From assembly GCA_015134415.1 (NCBI GenBank), contig CP043985.1:155983-219982 (forward strand): a stretch of 64,000 nucleotides of DNA. Direction: 5' to 3'. The number at the start of each line of letters is the position of its first letter. The stretch's first letter is position 1. The DNA comes from Candidatus Stammera capleta. Its GTDB lineage: Bacteria > Pseudomonadota > Gammaproteobacteria > Enterobacterales > Enterobacteriaceae. Shown here piece after piece: positions 31,130 through 44,800 of this stretch. The notes below the pieces were generated by a model. The model was not told where the DNA came from, ran no database searches, and saw only the letters and a list, made by a program, of their open reading frames with translations. Position numbers and translations under genes: made by a program.

Positions 31130-31807
31130 TTATTTCTTATTACCTGATAATTTTAATATTAATAAATATAAATTAATAAAATCTAAATATAAAATTAATG
31201 CTCCTAATATAGAATATTTTTTTATTTTTTCGTTATTATTTATTATATTTTTTCCTATTTCTTTTAATTTTTGTATATCTCATACTATTAGTATAGTAAA
31301 TGATAATATACTTATATATGAAGTTATAAAAATAATTAAAGAACTTTTTAATATTATATTTATTATAGTACTTATAACGCTACCTACTATTAATATTAAT
31401 GAAATATTTCCTATTTTTGTTATATCATTTTCTATTATATATTCTATGTAATTCATTATAAGAAATATGATATTACATATTAAAAATGATATTATTATTG
31501 AAATATAATTATATATTAAAAATATATTTGAAATAGATATTCCTGTTAATATTAAATATAATATATACATTAACATAATACTATTTATATTAATTTTATT
31601 TATTAAATTAGAAATTAAAAAAATATTTAATAATTGAACTACTAATATAGTAAGTAAAAATAACTTATTAAAAAAAATTATTTCTAAAAAAAAAGGTATT
31701 TTAATTATATATCATGATATAAATAATGTTATTAATAAACCAAATAATATTCAACTATATATTTTATTAATATATTTATTAATATTATAATATAAATATT
31801 TTTTCAT
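31130..31807 (-). CDS. BAX inhibitor-1/YccA-family inner membrane protein (YbhL-like)
   Basis: A multi-pass hydrophobic protein of 225 aa. The C-terminal ...LGALILYLDFINLYLLILKLSGNKK matches the family's conserved ...LYLDFINLF..L.I.G tail. The N-terminal part is joined through TGA codons. Confidence 0.8.
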
Positions 31808-31888
31808 AATAATATTTTCCTTAATTTAAAAAATATGTAATTAATTTATTTTTAATTAAATATAATTTTTTTATTTTTTTATAATATT

Positions 31889-34117
31889 TTATTTAATTAA
31901 TGCATTAAATTTTTTTTTTAATTTTTTTTTACATATATTTATAATATTATTTATTTTTTTTGTTTTTAATGTTTTTTTATTATCTTGTATATTTAATCTT
32001 AAAGTTATATTTTTTTTTTTACTATCTTTTAAATTATTATTATATATTTTAATAATATTAATTTTTTTAATTAATTTTTTATTTATTAATAAACATGATT
32101 TAATTAATTTATCTATAGATATTTTTTTATCTATAATTAGTGTTATATCTCTATTATTATTTTGATATTTTGGTATTTTTTTAATATTTATATTTTTTTT
32201 AAATAATATATTTTTAATATTTATTTCAAATAAATATATTGGATGTTTTAAAGAATATTTATATTGTATTTTTTTATTTAACATACCTATATATCCTATT
32301 TTTTTTTTTTTAAAAAATATATTTGCATTTTGATATTTATCTAATATTTGATTATTAGATTTTTTTATACTTAAATATTTTGCTTTTTTTTTTTTTTTAA
32401 ATATATATATTAAATCTCCTTTAATATCATAAAAATCAAAATAATTATTATCTGTATATCATTTATTTTTATTTTTATAACCATATATTATTAGAGATAA
32501 TTTTTTATATTCTTTTATTTTATTATTATTTTTTAATTTAAAACATGTTCCTAATTCAAAAAATTTTATGCTTTCTTGTTGTTTTTTTATATTAAAATAT
32601 AAATTATCTATCATATTTGGTATTAATGAAGTTCTTAATAATTTCATATTTTTAGATAAAGGGTTATATATTTTAATATTTTTATATTTTTTAAAAAACA
32701 AATATTCTTTATATTTATTTATAAATTGAAAGTTTATTATTTCTTTATAACCTATATTTACTATTATATTTTTTATATTATTTATTTTTTCTGATATATT
32801 TTTTTTTTTATTAATTATTATATTTGTTTTAAAACTTTTAATTGGAATTTTATTATATCCATATATTTTTAATATTTCAGATATAACATCTTCTATTATT
32901 ATAATATTTTTTTTTCATTTTGGTATTTTTATATAAAAGTATTTTTTTTTTTTTTTAATTATTTTACAATTTATTAGTTTAATAATATTTAATATTTTTT
33001 TTTTTTTAATGTAAAAACCTAATTTTTTTTTAATGTATTTATATTTAATTAATATAATTTTGTTTTTCTTTTTAATTTTTTTATTATTATATATTATATT
33101 AATTTTATTTATATTTCCTTTATATATTTTTTTTATTATTTCTGATGTTTTTTGTAAAAATATATTTTGTATGTTATTAAAATTATTACTTATATATTTA
33201 TTATTTTTTTTGTTGGAATTATTATTTTTAATAATATATTTATATTCATATAAGGGTGCAATTAAAATTAAATTTTTAGTTTTTTTTGTTATATAATATT
33301 TTTTTATATTTTTATTTATTAAAAAATTTTCTTTTATATTTATAATTTTATTATTAATTTTATTATATTTAATTATTTTATTTAGATCTAAATATATAAT
33401 TTTTTGACCAGATTGTATTAAGATATAATTTATTATATCTTTTATATTATTATTAATTTTTATATCTAATAAATTTAATTTATCTAAATATTTTATTTTT
33501 ATTTTTTTATTTATATTTTTAATATTATTTATAATTATATATTTATAATTAATTATATTTTTATTTAAATTTTTATTTTTTATTATTATATTTAATTTGT
33601 GTAATTTTTTATTTTTTTTTTTTTTAATATAAATATTTTTTTTAATTAATATTGATATTTCTTTACATATTGAATATATATTATTACAATATAATTTATT
33701 ATAAGGTATATTAATTTCTAATAAATTTATTTTATTAAAATATTTAATATTTTTTTTTAATATATATTTTTTTTTATATAATATAAAAATGTATTTTTTA
33801 TTATATTCTTTTTTTTTAAAATTAAAATAATTGTTTTTAATATCATTTTTATTAATTAAAATATATTTATTTTTTATATTTTCTTTAATATATTTTAAAT
33901 ATTTTTTATATATTTTATTTTTATATTTTATTTTTATACATATTCATTTAAATGAATATATTTTATATGATATAATTTTTTTTATTATATAATTTTTATT
34001 TTTATTTATATTAATATAATTTGTTTCAAAACCACTATTATTTAATAAATTAATTATATTTTTAATATTTAAATTATTTTTTATATATTCTTTAATTCAT
34101 TCTTTATAAAATTTCAT
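31889..34117 (-). CDS. pheT: Phenylalanine--tRNA ligase beta subunit (742 aa)
   Basis: The N-terminal MKFYKE-W-IKEYI... is PheT-like. A B5 region ...LRTSLIPNMIDNLYFN... and a C-terminal FDX-ACB-like ...RDITLIIDKKIS... follow. Three anchors (34117, 32701, 31889) are in one frame. It lies downstream of pheS. Confidence 0.9.
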
Positions 34118-34133
34118 TTTTATACCAAAAAGA

Positions 34134-35108
34134 TTAAAATTGTTTTAATAATTTAATATTATTTTCATATAATAATTTTATATTTTTTATATTATATTTT
34201 ATCATTATTAATCTTTCTATTCCTAAACCAAAAGCTATTCCTGAATATATTTTTGAATTAATATTTAAATTATTTAATATTTTTGGATGTATTAAACCAC
34301 ATCCTAATATTTCTAATCATTTATCATTTTTATTTTTTATAAATACTTCTGCTGAAGGTTCCGTAAAGGGAAAATATGATGGTAAAAATTTTATATTTAT
34401 TTTTTTTTTAAAAAAATATGTTAAAAATTTGATAATTATATATTTTAAATTAGAAAAATTTATATTCTTATCTATTAAAAATAAATCTAATTGATGAAAA
34501 ACAGGTGTATGAGTTTTATCATAATCTTTTCTGAAAACACATCCTGATGTAATTACTTTTATAGGAGGTTTATTTTTTTTCATATATTTTACTTGTGAAC
34601 ATGATGTTTGAGTACGTAATAAAATATTTTTATTAATTCAAAATGTATCTTTTTTAGATCTTGAAGGATGATATTTATTTATATTTAATAAATCAAAATT
34701 ATAATATTTATTTTCTATTTCATTACCTATTATATTTAGAAATCCTAATTCTTGAAAAAATTTTTCTATTTTGTGTAAAGTTATAGTAATAATATGTTTA
34801 TTTCCTATAGTAGGTTCTCTTCCAGGAAGGGAGATATCTATATATTCTTTATTTTTTTTAATATTTTTATTTAATATATATTTTTTTTTTAAATATATTT
34901 TATTTTTTATATATTTTTTAATTTTATTAATTATTTTACCTAATATAGGTTTTTTATTTTTTGGTATTTTTTTTATATTTTTTATTAATATATTTATATA
35001 TCCTTTTTTACCTAAATATTTTATACGTATTTTTTCTATAGATTTTATATTATTTTTATTTTTAATGTCTTTATTAAATTTATTTATATATTTATTAAAA
35101 TTTAACAT
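34134..35108 (-). CDS. pheS: Phenylalanine--tRNA ligase alpha subunit
   Basis: ...HPSRSKKDTF..., ...VITSGCVFRKDYDKTHTPVFHQLD..., ...FPFTEPSAEV... and ...GIAFGLGIERL... are class II motifs 1-3. The product is 324 aa. Confidence 0.95.
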
Positions 35109-35127
35109 TTATTTTATTTAAAATAAA

Positions 35128-35478
35128 TTATTTATTATTTTTAATTAATGATATTATTTTATCAAAACTTTTATCATTTTTATTTATTATTTCAAATAAT
35201 ATTTTTCTATTTATATTAAAAAAATTTTTTATTTTATTTATAAATTTACTATATGTTAATCCATATTTTCTTACTTTAGCGTTTATTTGTAAAATTCATA
35301 TTTTTCTAAAATATCTTTTTTTTTGTTTTCTATCTCTATAAGAATATTGTCCTGATTTAATTACTGCTTGTTTTGCTGATTTATAAGTTTTTGATCTACA
35401 AGAATAATATCCTTTAGCTTTTTTAATTATTTTTTTATGTTTTCTATGAGCAGATACTCCTTTTTTTACTCTAACCAT
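35128..35478 (-). CDS. rplT: 50S ribosomal protein L20
   Basis: [62 protein letters not shown]... matches L20. TGA at 35296-35298 sits at the conserved Trp. The product is 116 aa. Confidence 0.96.
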
Positions 35479-35501
35479 AATTTTTACCTATTAATTTATT
35501 A

Positions 35502-35699
35502 TTATAAATAAGGATTTATTTTTTTTATTTTTTTACTAATTGATTTATTTACTATCTTTTTTATTTTTAATTTTCTTTTTCTTTTTTTATTTTTTTTTGT
35601 TAAAATATGACGTAGATTACAACATTTAAATTTTAATTTTCCTAAAGAAGTTTTTTTAATTCTTTTTTTAATTGATTTAATAGTTTTTATTTTTGGCAT
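35502..35699 (-). CDS. rpmI: 50S ribosomal protein L35
   Basis: 65-aa ORF beginning MPKIKTIKSIKKRIKKT..., placed between infC and rplT. Confidence 0.93.
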   Translation of the reverse strand: MPKIKTIKSIKKRIKKTSLGKLKFKCCNLRHILTKKNKKRKRKLKIKKIVNKSISKKIKKINPYL

Positions 35700-35700
35700 A

Positions 35701-36249
35701 TTATTTGTTTTTGGATATTAATATCATTGAGATTTGTCTATTTTTTATTATTTCTTTTATAAAATTAATTTTATTATTATTTTCTTTTATATTTTCTTTA
35801 ATATCATTTAACATATTAATTGCTAAATTTTTATGTATTATTTCTCTACCTCTTAATATAATTGATATTTTTATTTTATAACCTTTATTTATAAATTTTA
35901 TTATATTTTTTATTTTTGTATTATAATCGTTTTTATCTGTATTAAATCTAAATTTTATTTCTTTTATTTGTATTTTTTTATTGTTTTTATATTTTTTAAT
36001 ATTTTTATTTTTTTTATATATATATTTTCCATAATTAAATATTTTACATATTGGTGGATTAAAATTTGGATTTATTTCTACTAAATCTAAATTTAAATTT
36101 TTAGCTATTTTTATAGCTTCTTTTGTTAGAATTATATTTTTATTTTCATTATTATTATTATTATTTATTAATTTTATCTTATAACTTTTAATTTCATTAT
36201 TAATTCTATGTTTTTTAAAATATATATTTTTTTTATAAATGTTAATAAT
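35701..36249 (-). CDS. infC: Translation initiation factor IF-3 (non-AUG, probable AUU start)
   Basis: ...HRINNEIKSYKIKLI...ILTKEAIKIAKNLNLDLVEINPNFNPPICKIFNYGKYIYKK...IKEIKFRFNTDKNDYNTKIKNI...ILRGREI... aligns along IF-3. The frame has no ATG, GTG or TTG between the upstream stop (36271-36273) and about residue 135. Candidate starts are ATT codons at 36247-36249 and 36244-36246, just after AAGGA. Confidence 0.9.
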   Translation of the reverse strand: MINIYKKNIYFKKHRINNEIKSYKIKLINNNNNNENKNIILTKEAIKIAKNLNLDLVEINPNFNPPICKIFNYGKYIYKKNKNIKKYKNNKKIQIKEIKFRFNTDKNDYNTKIKNIIKFINKGYKIKISIILRGREIIHKNLAINMLNDIKENIKENNNKINFIKEIIKNRQISMILISKNK

Positions 36250-36253
36250 ATTA

Positions 36254-36258
36254 TCCTT
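36254..36258 (-). promoter_or_regulatory. Shine-Dalgarno-like AAGGA for infC, overlapping the thrS stop codon
   Basis: The minus strand reads ...AAA TAA GGA TAAT ATT ATT.... The AAGGA lies 4-7 nt upstream of the candidate AUU starts. Confidence 0.4.
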
Positions 36259-37456
36259 ATTTAAATTTTTTTATTTTATAATTAATTTTTTTAATAAATT
36301 TTTTTAATGATATTTTATATATATTATTATTTTTATAAGATCTTACACTTATTTTTTTTAATAATTTTTCTTTGTTACCACATATTATTATATAAGGTAT
36401 TTTTTGTAAAATATATTTTCTTATTTTAAAGTTTATTTTTTTATTTTTGAAATCTCCTATAGAATTAATATTATTTTTAATTAATTTATTTAGTACATAT
36501 TTTGAATATTTTATATATTTTAATGAAATATTTATTACTACTATTTTAATAGGTGCTAATCATAAAGGAAATTTTCCATTATATTGTTCTATAATAATAC
36601 CTATAAATCTTTCTAATGAACCTAATATTGCTCTGTGTATAATTATAGGATTTTTTTTTTTATTATTTTTATTTAAATATGTAATATTTAATTTTTTAGG
36701 TAAAAAATAATCTATTTGTATAGTTCCACATTGTCATTTTCTATTTAAATAATCTTTTAAAATAAATTCTATTTTTGGTCCATAAAAAGCTCCTTCTTTT
36801 TTTTTAATTTTAAATTTTATTTTTTTTTTTTTTAATAATTTAATGATTTTTTTTTCTATTATATTTCATATTTTTTTATTACCTAAGTATTTTTTTGGTC
36901 TTGTTGATAAAAATATATTTATATTTTTAAATTTAAATATTTTATATATTTCATAAATCATTTTAATACATTTTAATATTTCTATATCAATTTTTTTAGG
37001 TATACAAAATATATGAGCATCATCTTGAATAAATGATTTTGTTCTCATTAATCCATGTAAAGATCCAGAATTTTCATTTCTATGACATATTCCAAATTCT
37101 GATATCCTAATAGGTAAATTTTTATAAGATTTTATTCCTTGTTTATATATTTCTATATGCCCTAAACAATTCATAGGTTTTATACATAATATTTTATTTT
37201 TATATTTTGTATAAAAAATATATTCTTTATAATTTTTTCAATGACCACTTTTAATTCATATATTTTTATCAATTAAAAATGTAGTACTTACTTCTTGATA
37301 TTTATATTTTTTTAATTTTTTTCTTATTATTTTTTTTATATTTTCTATAAGTATAAGTCCATTATTGTGTCAAAATACCATTCCTGGAGATATATCACTA
37401 ATATGGTATAAATTTAAATTTTTATTTAATATTCTATGATCTCTTTTTTTTAACAT
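36257..37456 (-). CDS. thrS: Threonine--tRNA ligase, catalytic and anticodon-binding domains only (399 aa; N-terminal TGS/editing region absent)
   Basis: It starts [33 protein letters not shown]..., which aligns to about residue 240 of E. coli ThrRS (RDHRKIGKQLDLYH). ...[59 protein letters not shown]... is strongly conserved. An in-frame TAA lies 15 codons upstream of the ATG. Confidence 0.93.
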
Positions 37457-37574
37457 ATTTATATTGTTTTTTTTAAATAAATTATAATTAAATTTTATTT
37501 ATTTTTTTAAAATTAATTAAATATTATTATATAATATATTATATATTAATTATTATATAATATAGTAGGATTTT

Positions 37575-38135
37575 GTGTGTATAAAAAGTCATTTAATTTT
37601 TTGTTTATTTTTTATAATATTTTTTGTAAAAATTTTAAATCTATTTAATATTTATTTAAATATATTATATATTATACCTATTTCTTTTATATCATGTATA
37701 TTACCTGATATAGATCATCCTAAATCTTTTTTAGGAAATAATTTAAAATTTATATCTATTAAAATATTTAATTTTTTTGGACATAGAACTATTACTCATA
37801 GTTTGTTTGGTTTAATTTTATTTGTTTTATTTATTATATATATAAATTTTTTTTTATTTAATTTTGATTTTGATATAATTTTTATTATATTTTTAAGTTA
37901 TTTTAGTCATATTTTATGTGATATGTTTACATATAAAGGTATAATTTTTTTATGACCATTAAAATTTAAATTTAGAATTCCTATTTTTTATTTTTTTTTA
38001 AATAAAAAAAATGAATATTATTTTTGTGTTTTTTTATTATTATTATCTATAATAATATATAAATTTATTTATATTAAAAATATATTAATAATTTATTTAA
38101 ATATATGTTTACATTATATCAATCTAATAATTTAG
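37575..38135 (+). CDS. ydjM: YdjM-family inner-membrane metal-dependent hydrolase (DUF457)
   Basis: ...ILPDIDHPKSFLGNNLKFIS...FGHRTITHSLFG...SYFSHILCDMFTYKGIIFL-W-PLKFKFRIPI... closely parallels E. coli YdjM (LLPDIDHPKSFLG..., FGHRGFTHSL, SHILADMLT...LLWP..W.FRLPI). It has a GTG start after AGGA. The 3' end runs 31 nt into recC. Confidence 0.85.
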
Positions 38136-41100
38136 ATATTTTAAAAAGAAATATATTATATATTATAAAAAATAATAAAATAAATAATATTTTTACATCA
38201 AATATATTTATATTAGTTTCTAATAAAAATATATCTTTAAATTTAAAAATTTTTTTATCAAAAGAAATAGGTATATGTGCAAATTTTAAATTTTTATTAG
38301 TTGGAAAATTTATATGAAAATTTTGTAAAAATATTATACCTGATTTATCTAAAAAATATTATTTTAATAAATATAATTTAATTTGGATAATATTTAATAT
38401 ATTACCTAAAGTTATTAATTTAAAAGAATTTTATTTTATTAAAAAATATTTAAAAAATGATTATAATTATGAAAAATTATTTAATTTATCTATAAAAATT
38501 TCTAATATATATGATGAATATTTAATGTATAGAATAGATTGATTATATGAATGAAAAAATTATAGATATATAAAAAATATAAATAATTCTATACATCAAA
38601 AATGACAATCTATATTGTGAAGAAAAATAATAAAATATTTTATTTATAATTTTTCTTATAAATGAAATAAATCAGATCTTTATTTAAAGATTTTAAAAAT
38701 ATTAAGTAATAAAAGATTTATTTTTCCTAAAAATATTATTAATTATATTTGTATATATAATATATCATCTATTCCTCCTATTTATTTAAATATTTTATAT
38801 TCAATATCTAAATATAAAAATATTTATTATTTTTTATTTAATCCATCATATAAATTTTGATATGAAAAAATTTATTTTGATGTTAAAAAAAATATATTAT
38901 TAAAAAAAAATAAAAAAAATAATTTTATTTATAAATTTTATAATAATAAAAATAATTATAATTCATTATTACTGAATTATGGAAAAAGTTTATCTGAAGT
39001 TTTATTATTATTATTACAATTTAATATTAGAGAAGTAAATTATTTTATAAAATTTAATAATATTAATGATGATAATTTAAATATTATTAAAAATAATATA
39101 TTAAATTTTAAAGATATTATTATAGATAAAAAATATAAAAATAATTCTATAATAATTAGTAAATCTTATGGTTATTTAGAAGAAATTAAAAAATTAAAAG
39201 ATTTTTTATTAAATTTAATTGTTAATAAACATTTTAATGTAAATGATATAATAGTTAATGTTACTGATGTTAATATATATTATCCTTATATTAATTCTAT
39301 ATTTTCGGATTTTGAGTGTAAAAAATATTTACCATATAAAATTTTAGAACATAATAATGTTTATGAAAATGAATTATTAAATATATTTTTAAATTTATTA
39401 AATATATCTAATTTAGAATTTAATTTTAATGAATTATTATCTTTTTTTAAAAAAAAGATAATATTTAAAAAATTTAATATAAATTATGAAGAATTAAAAC
39501 TAATTATATATATTATTAAAAATATAGGTTTAAATATAGATTTAAAAAAAGATATTTTTTATAAAAAATTTAATTATTTAACTTGAATAAATGGTTTAAG
39601 AAGAATATTGTTAGGTTTTTGTATAAATAATGAATATTGTATTTGAAATAATATTATTCCTTATACGTTTTCATCAAATAATTTTTATTATAATTTAATT
39701 GAAAAAATATGTGATTTTATTTATAAAATATTATATTGGAAAGATATTTTAAATAAAAAATATTTATTTCATGATTGAATTTTTATTTGTATAAAATTTA
39801 TAAATGTTTTTTTTTATAAAAAATATATTAATAAAAGTATATTTTTAAATAAAAAAAATTTTTTAGATGTTTTAGAAAGTTATAATATATGTAAATTCAA
39901 CAAAAATATAAATATTAATATTTTTAAAAAAATGTTAGTTAATTTTTTTAAATATAAAAATAAAAAAAAAATTTATTCTATAAATCATATAAATTTTTGC
40001 TCATTTATTTATTCTGAATCTTTATTTTTTAAAATTGTTTGTTTAATAGGTATGAATGAAAATATATATCCTAAAAATAAAATTTATTGTGATTTTAATT
40101 TAATTAATTCTAATTTAAGATTAGGTGATCGAAATAAAATAAATTATGATAAATATTTATTTTTACAAAAAATTTTATTTTGTAATAAAATATATATTAG
40201 TTATATTAATTTTTGTTTTTTAAAAAATAATTTTTGTTTTCCTTCTATACTTTTAGTATTTTTTAAAAATTATATAGATACATTTATAAATAAAATTAAT
40301 TTTTATAAACCAAATAAAAAAAAAATTATATATATTAAAAAAAATATAATTAAAAATAAATATAATTTAAATATTTTTAATTATATAAATAAAAGTAATT
40401 ATTATAATATATATAAAAATATATATATTATTAATTTAGTAGAATTACATAATTTTTGATTAAATCCTATTAAATATTTTTTATATTTTTTTTATAAAAT
40501 AAATTATTTTATTTCTGATATTTATATTAATAAAAATGAATTTTTTAATTTAAATATAAAAAAAATTTATTTAATTAGATATAAAATTATAGATATTTTG
40601 GTAAGATATGGATATAGTAAAAATATTTTTTTATATTTACAAAATTTAAATTTTTTACCCTTAAATTTTTTTGGTAACATATTATGAGAAAAAGAAAAAA
40701 AAAATATTTTATTTTTAGTTAATAATATAAAAAAATATTATTTTAATGTAAATAAAGTTAATATTAATATTAAATTTAATAATTTTTGTATTAAAGGTAA
40801 TATATATAGATATGATAAATTTGGTTTATTTCAATGATTACCTAAAAATTTAAATTTAATAGATGCTTTATTATTTTGAATAGATCATTTAATATATTGT
40901 TATATTGGAGGTAATAATTGTAGTTATTTATATGGATATAATGGTATATGATATTTTAAACCTTTAAATAAAGAAAAATCTATAAATTATATTAATAAAT
41001 ATGTAAATGCATATTTAAATGTTTATAATTATCCATTATTTTTTTTACCTAAATCTTCTAATATATGAATTTTTTCTTCTTATAATATTAATAGTAAAAA

Positions 41101-41317
41101 ATTATTGAATAAATTTAATTTAATTAAAGCTAAAAAAAAATTATTTGATAATTTATATGGAAATTTTTTTATAGAGGGAGAAATTAATAATATATATGTA
41201 TCTTATATAATTAAAAAATATTATAATTTTTTAAATATTAAATTTATAATTTCTGAAATAGAAAAGTGATTATTACCTGTTTTTAATAATTTATTAATTA
41301 ATTATAAAAAATATTAA
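38105..41317 (+). CDS. recC: Exodeoxyribonuclease V gamma subunit RecC (1070 aa)
   Basis: MFTLYQSNNLDILK...GICANFKFLLVGKFI-W-... and ...NIYDEYLMYRIDWLYEW... parallel the E. coli RecC N-terminus (MLRVYHSNRLDVLE..., DQYLVYRPDWLAQW). The 39932 ORF is in frame. There are many TGA Trp codons. recC-recB-recD order is kept. Confidence 0.93.
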
Positions 41318-41324
41318 TAATTTT

Positions 41325-44300
41325 ATGATAAATAATTTAAATTTTTTAGATATATATTTAGGAAAATCTAATTTAATAGAAGCTTCTGCTGGTACTGGAA
41401 AAACAAATATTTTATCATTATTGTATTTACGTTTTTTGTTAAATATAAATATAGAAAATAATTTTTCAAATTTATCTATAAATAATATATTAGTTGTTAC
41501 TTTTACTGATTTAGCTTGTTTAGAAATAAAAAAAAGGATATTAAATAATATAAGAAAATTACGTATTTGTTTTATAAAAAATATTTTTTTTAATGATTAT
41601 ATAAGAAATATATTTTTATATATTAAAAATATTCCTAATATATTAGATATATTAATATATTATGAAAATAATATTGATATATCTTCTATATATACTATAC
41701 ACAGTTTTTGTAAAAAAATATTATTTTCTTATTTTATAAATTCAAATATAAATAATTCTTTAAGAATTTTAGATTATGAATATGATTTTTTTTATAAAAT
41801 AATAATTTTATTTTGACGTAAATATTTTTATAATTTATCTTATAGTGTAAGTAAAATAATTTTTTTTTATTGATCTACTCCAGATAAATTATATAATTTT
41901 ATATTTCCTATTTTAAATTTTATAGATTTTAAATTTACTAATATAACTAAATATAGTTCTATAGAAGATTGTTATAATAAAATTATTATTTTTATTAATA
42001 ATTTTAAAGAATTATGAATCAAAAATTATAAAGAAATTTATAATTTTTTTATTAATTTAAATAATTTTTATAATATATATAATAAAAGAAAAATTAATAT
42101 TTGATTTTATTATATAAATTTATGATGTAATAATAAAACTGTTAATTTTTATATTCCTTATTATTTAAAAAAATTTAAATATAAATATATTATAAAATAT
42201 AAATTTTATTTTAATTTAAATATTAAAAATATTTTTTTATATGTAGAAAAATTATATATTAAAGTTAATGATTTATATAATTTTGTAATATTTAAGTGTT
42301 TAAAATATATTAAAATAAATATATTTAAATATAAAAAAAAGAATAATTTTATTAGTTTTGATGATTTAATAAGTAAAGTTAATTATATATTAAGTAATAA
42401 TAATTTATTTACTAATATTATTAGAAATAATTTTCCTATATCTTTAATTGATGAATTTCAAGATACAGATTTTTTACAATATGATATTTTTAATAAAATA
42501 TATATAAAAAATAATTTATTAAATAATACTAAAATAATATTTATAGGTGATCCTAAACAATCAATATATACTTTTAGAGGGGCTAATATATTTAATTATA
42601 TTAAATCTAAAAATAATATAGATTTTTTATATATTTTAAATATAAATTGAAGATCTTCTTATTTTTTAATAAAAAGTATAAATTTTTTATTTAATAAAAT
42701 TAATAATCCATTTATTTTTAAAGATACTAATTATTTGTTATCTTTACCTTCTTATAAAAATAAAAAATTAATTATTAGAAATAACAAAAAAATATTTAAT
42801 AGTTTTAATTTTTTTATATTAAATAATTTGAATAGTTTAAATTATAAAAATAAAATAGCTAAGTTTTGTTCAATTAAGATATATAAAATTTTAAATTCTA
42901 ATAATGTTTATTTATATAAAAATAATAATACTAAAAGAAAAATAATTCCTTCTGATATTTGTATATTAGTTCATAAAAACTATGAAATAAAAATTTTTTT
43001 TGATATTTTAAAAAAATTTTTTTTACCTATTAATTGTATATTAAATAAAAGTAATGTGTTTAATTCTTTAGAAGCTAAAGAAATTTTTTTTTTATTAAAA
43101 GCTATAATTTTTCCTAATTGTAAATCAAATATACGTAATGCTTTATCTATTGATTTATTTAATTATGATTTAAATAGTATTAATAAATTTATTAATGATA
43201 ATATTTTATATATTAAAATTATTGATGATTTTTATTTTTATAATAATTTATGAAGTAAGTATGGTATATATTATTTATTAAATTTTCTTTTAAAAAATAA
43301 AATAAGAGATAATTTTTTTAATTATAAAAATAAACAATATAATGTAAATATATTACATATAGGTGAAATTTTGCAAAAAAAATTTTATTTAATTAATGAT
43401 AAATTATTATTATTAAATTGATTAAATGAAAAAATTAATATTATATCTAATAATAATAAAGAATATTATTTACGTTCATTTTCTTATGAAAATGATGGAA
43501 TTAAAATATCTACTATTCATAAATCTAAAGGATTACAATATAATATAGTTTGAATACCTTTTTTATTTTCTTTAAATAAATATAATAATTTTAATATTTA
43601 TCATAATCGTAAAAATTGTAGAACTAATATAGATTTTTTAAATTTTGATAAATATAATAATTTAATGAATGAAGAATTAATTTCAGAAGAAATGCGTTTA
43701 TTATATGTATCTATTACTAGATCTATATATATATGTAATATTATTTTATATGAAATATTTAATAGTAATATTAAATTTTATTTTACTTCCATAGGTAGAA
43801 TTATAGGTAATAATAAAAAATTTAATTTTTCTGAAATTAACAAAAAAATTTTTGTTTTTAAAAAATGTAAATATATTAATTTTAAATTTATAAATATTAT
43901 TGATTATATTAAAAAAAATAATTTTTATATTATTAAGTATTTTTTATATAAAAAAAATAAAGAATATAGAAATATTTCAAATATTAATAAAATAATTAAT
44001 TATTCAAAAATTATTTTATTAAATAAAAAAAAAAAAATATTACATAATAATTTTATTAATAATTTAAATAATAATATTTTTTTTTTAAATTTATCTAAAG
44101 GAAAAAAAATAGGTTTATTTTTTCATAAAGTTTTAGAAAAAATTAATTTTAATATTAATATAGATAATAATTTTTTATTAAAATATATATATAATTATAA
44201 TATTAAAAAAAAATACTTTTTTAATATTAAAAAAATATTATTTAATTTATTAAATGTAATTTTATATCCATTAAATATAAATTTAAAAAGTATTAAATCT

Positions 44301-44798
44301 AATAGTATATTAAAAGAATTTGATTTTTTTTTAAGTATAAATAAAATAAATTTTTTAAAATATAATAATATTATTAAAAAATATGATAAAATTTCATATT
44401 TATGTGATGATTTAAATATAAAAAATTCTATTAAAGGGTATTTAAATGGTGTTATAGATTTAATTTTTTTTTATAAAAATAAATATTATATTATTGATTA
44501 TAAATCTAATTGATTTGGTAATAATATTTTATATTATAATAAAAATAATATTATAAATAATATAATTTTAAGAAGATATGATATTCAATATCAAATATAT
44601 TCTATTGCTTTACATAATTATTTAAAATTAAATATTAATAATTATAATTATTCTACTAATTTTGGGGGTATATATTATATTTTTTTAAGAGGTTTATTTA
44701 TTGAAAATAATTATAGATCTTATAATGGTATTTTATATATTAAACCTAATGAAAAATTAATTTTAAAATTAAATAATTTATTTAAAAATGGAAATTAA
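41325..44798 (+). CDS. recB: Exodeoxyribonuclease V beta subunit RecB (1157 aa), helicase and nuclease motifs intact
   Basis: Walker A LIEASAGTGKTNIL, motif II IDEFQDTDFLQY, ...GDPKQSIYTFRGA..., and the nuclease motif GYLNGVIDLIFFYKNKYYIIDYKSN-W- (E. coli GFIDLVF...YYLLDYKSNW). Track ORFs 41325, 42735 and 43665 share one frame. Confidence 0.95.
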
Positions 44799-44800
44799 TT

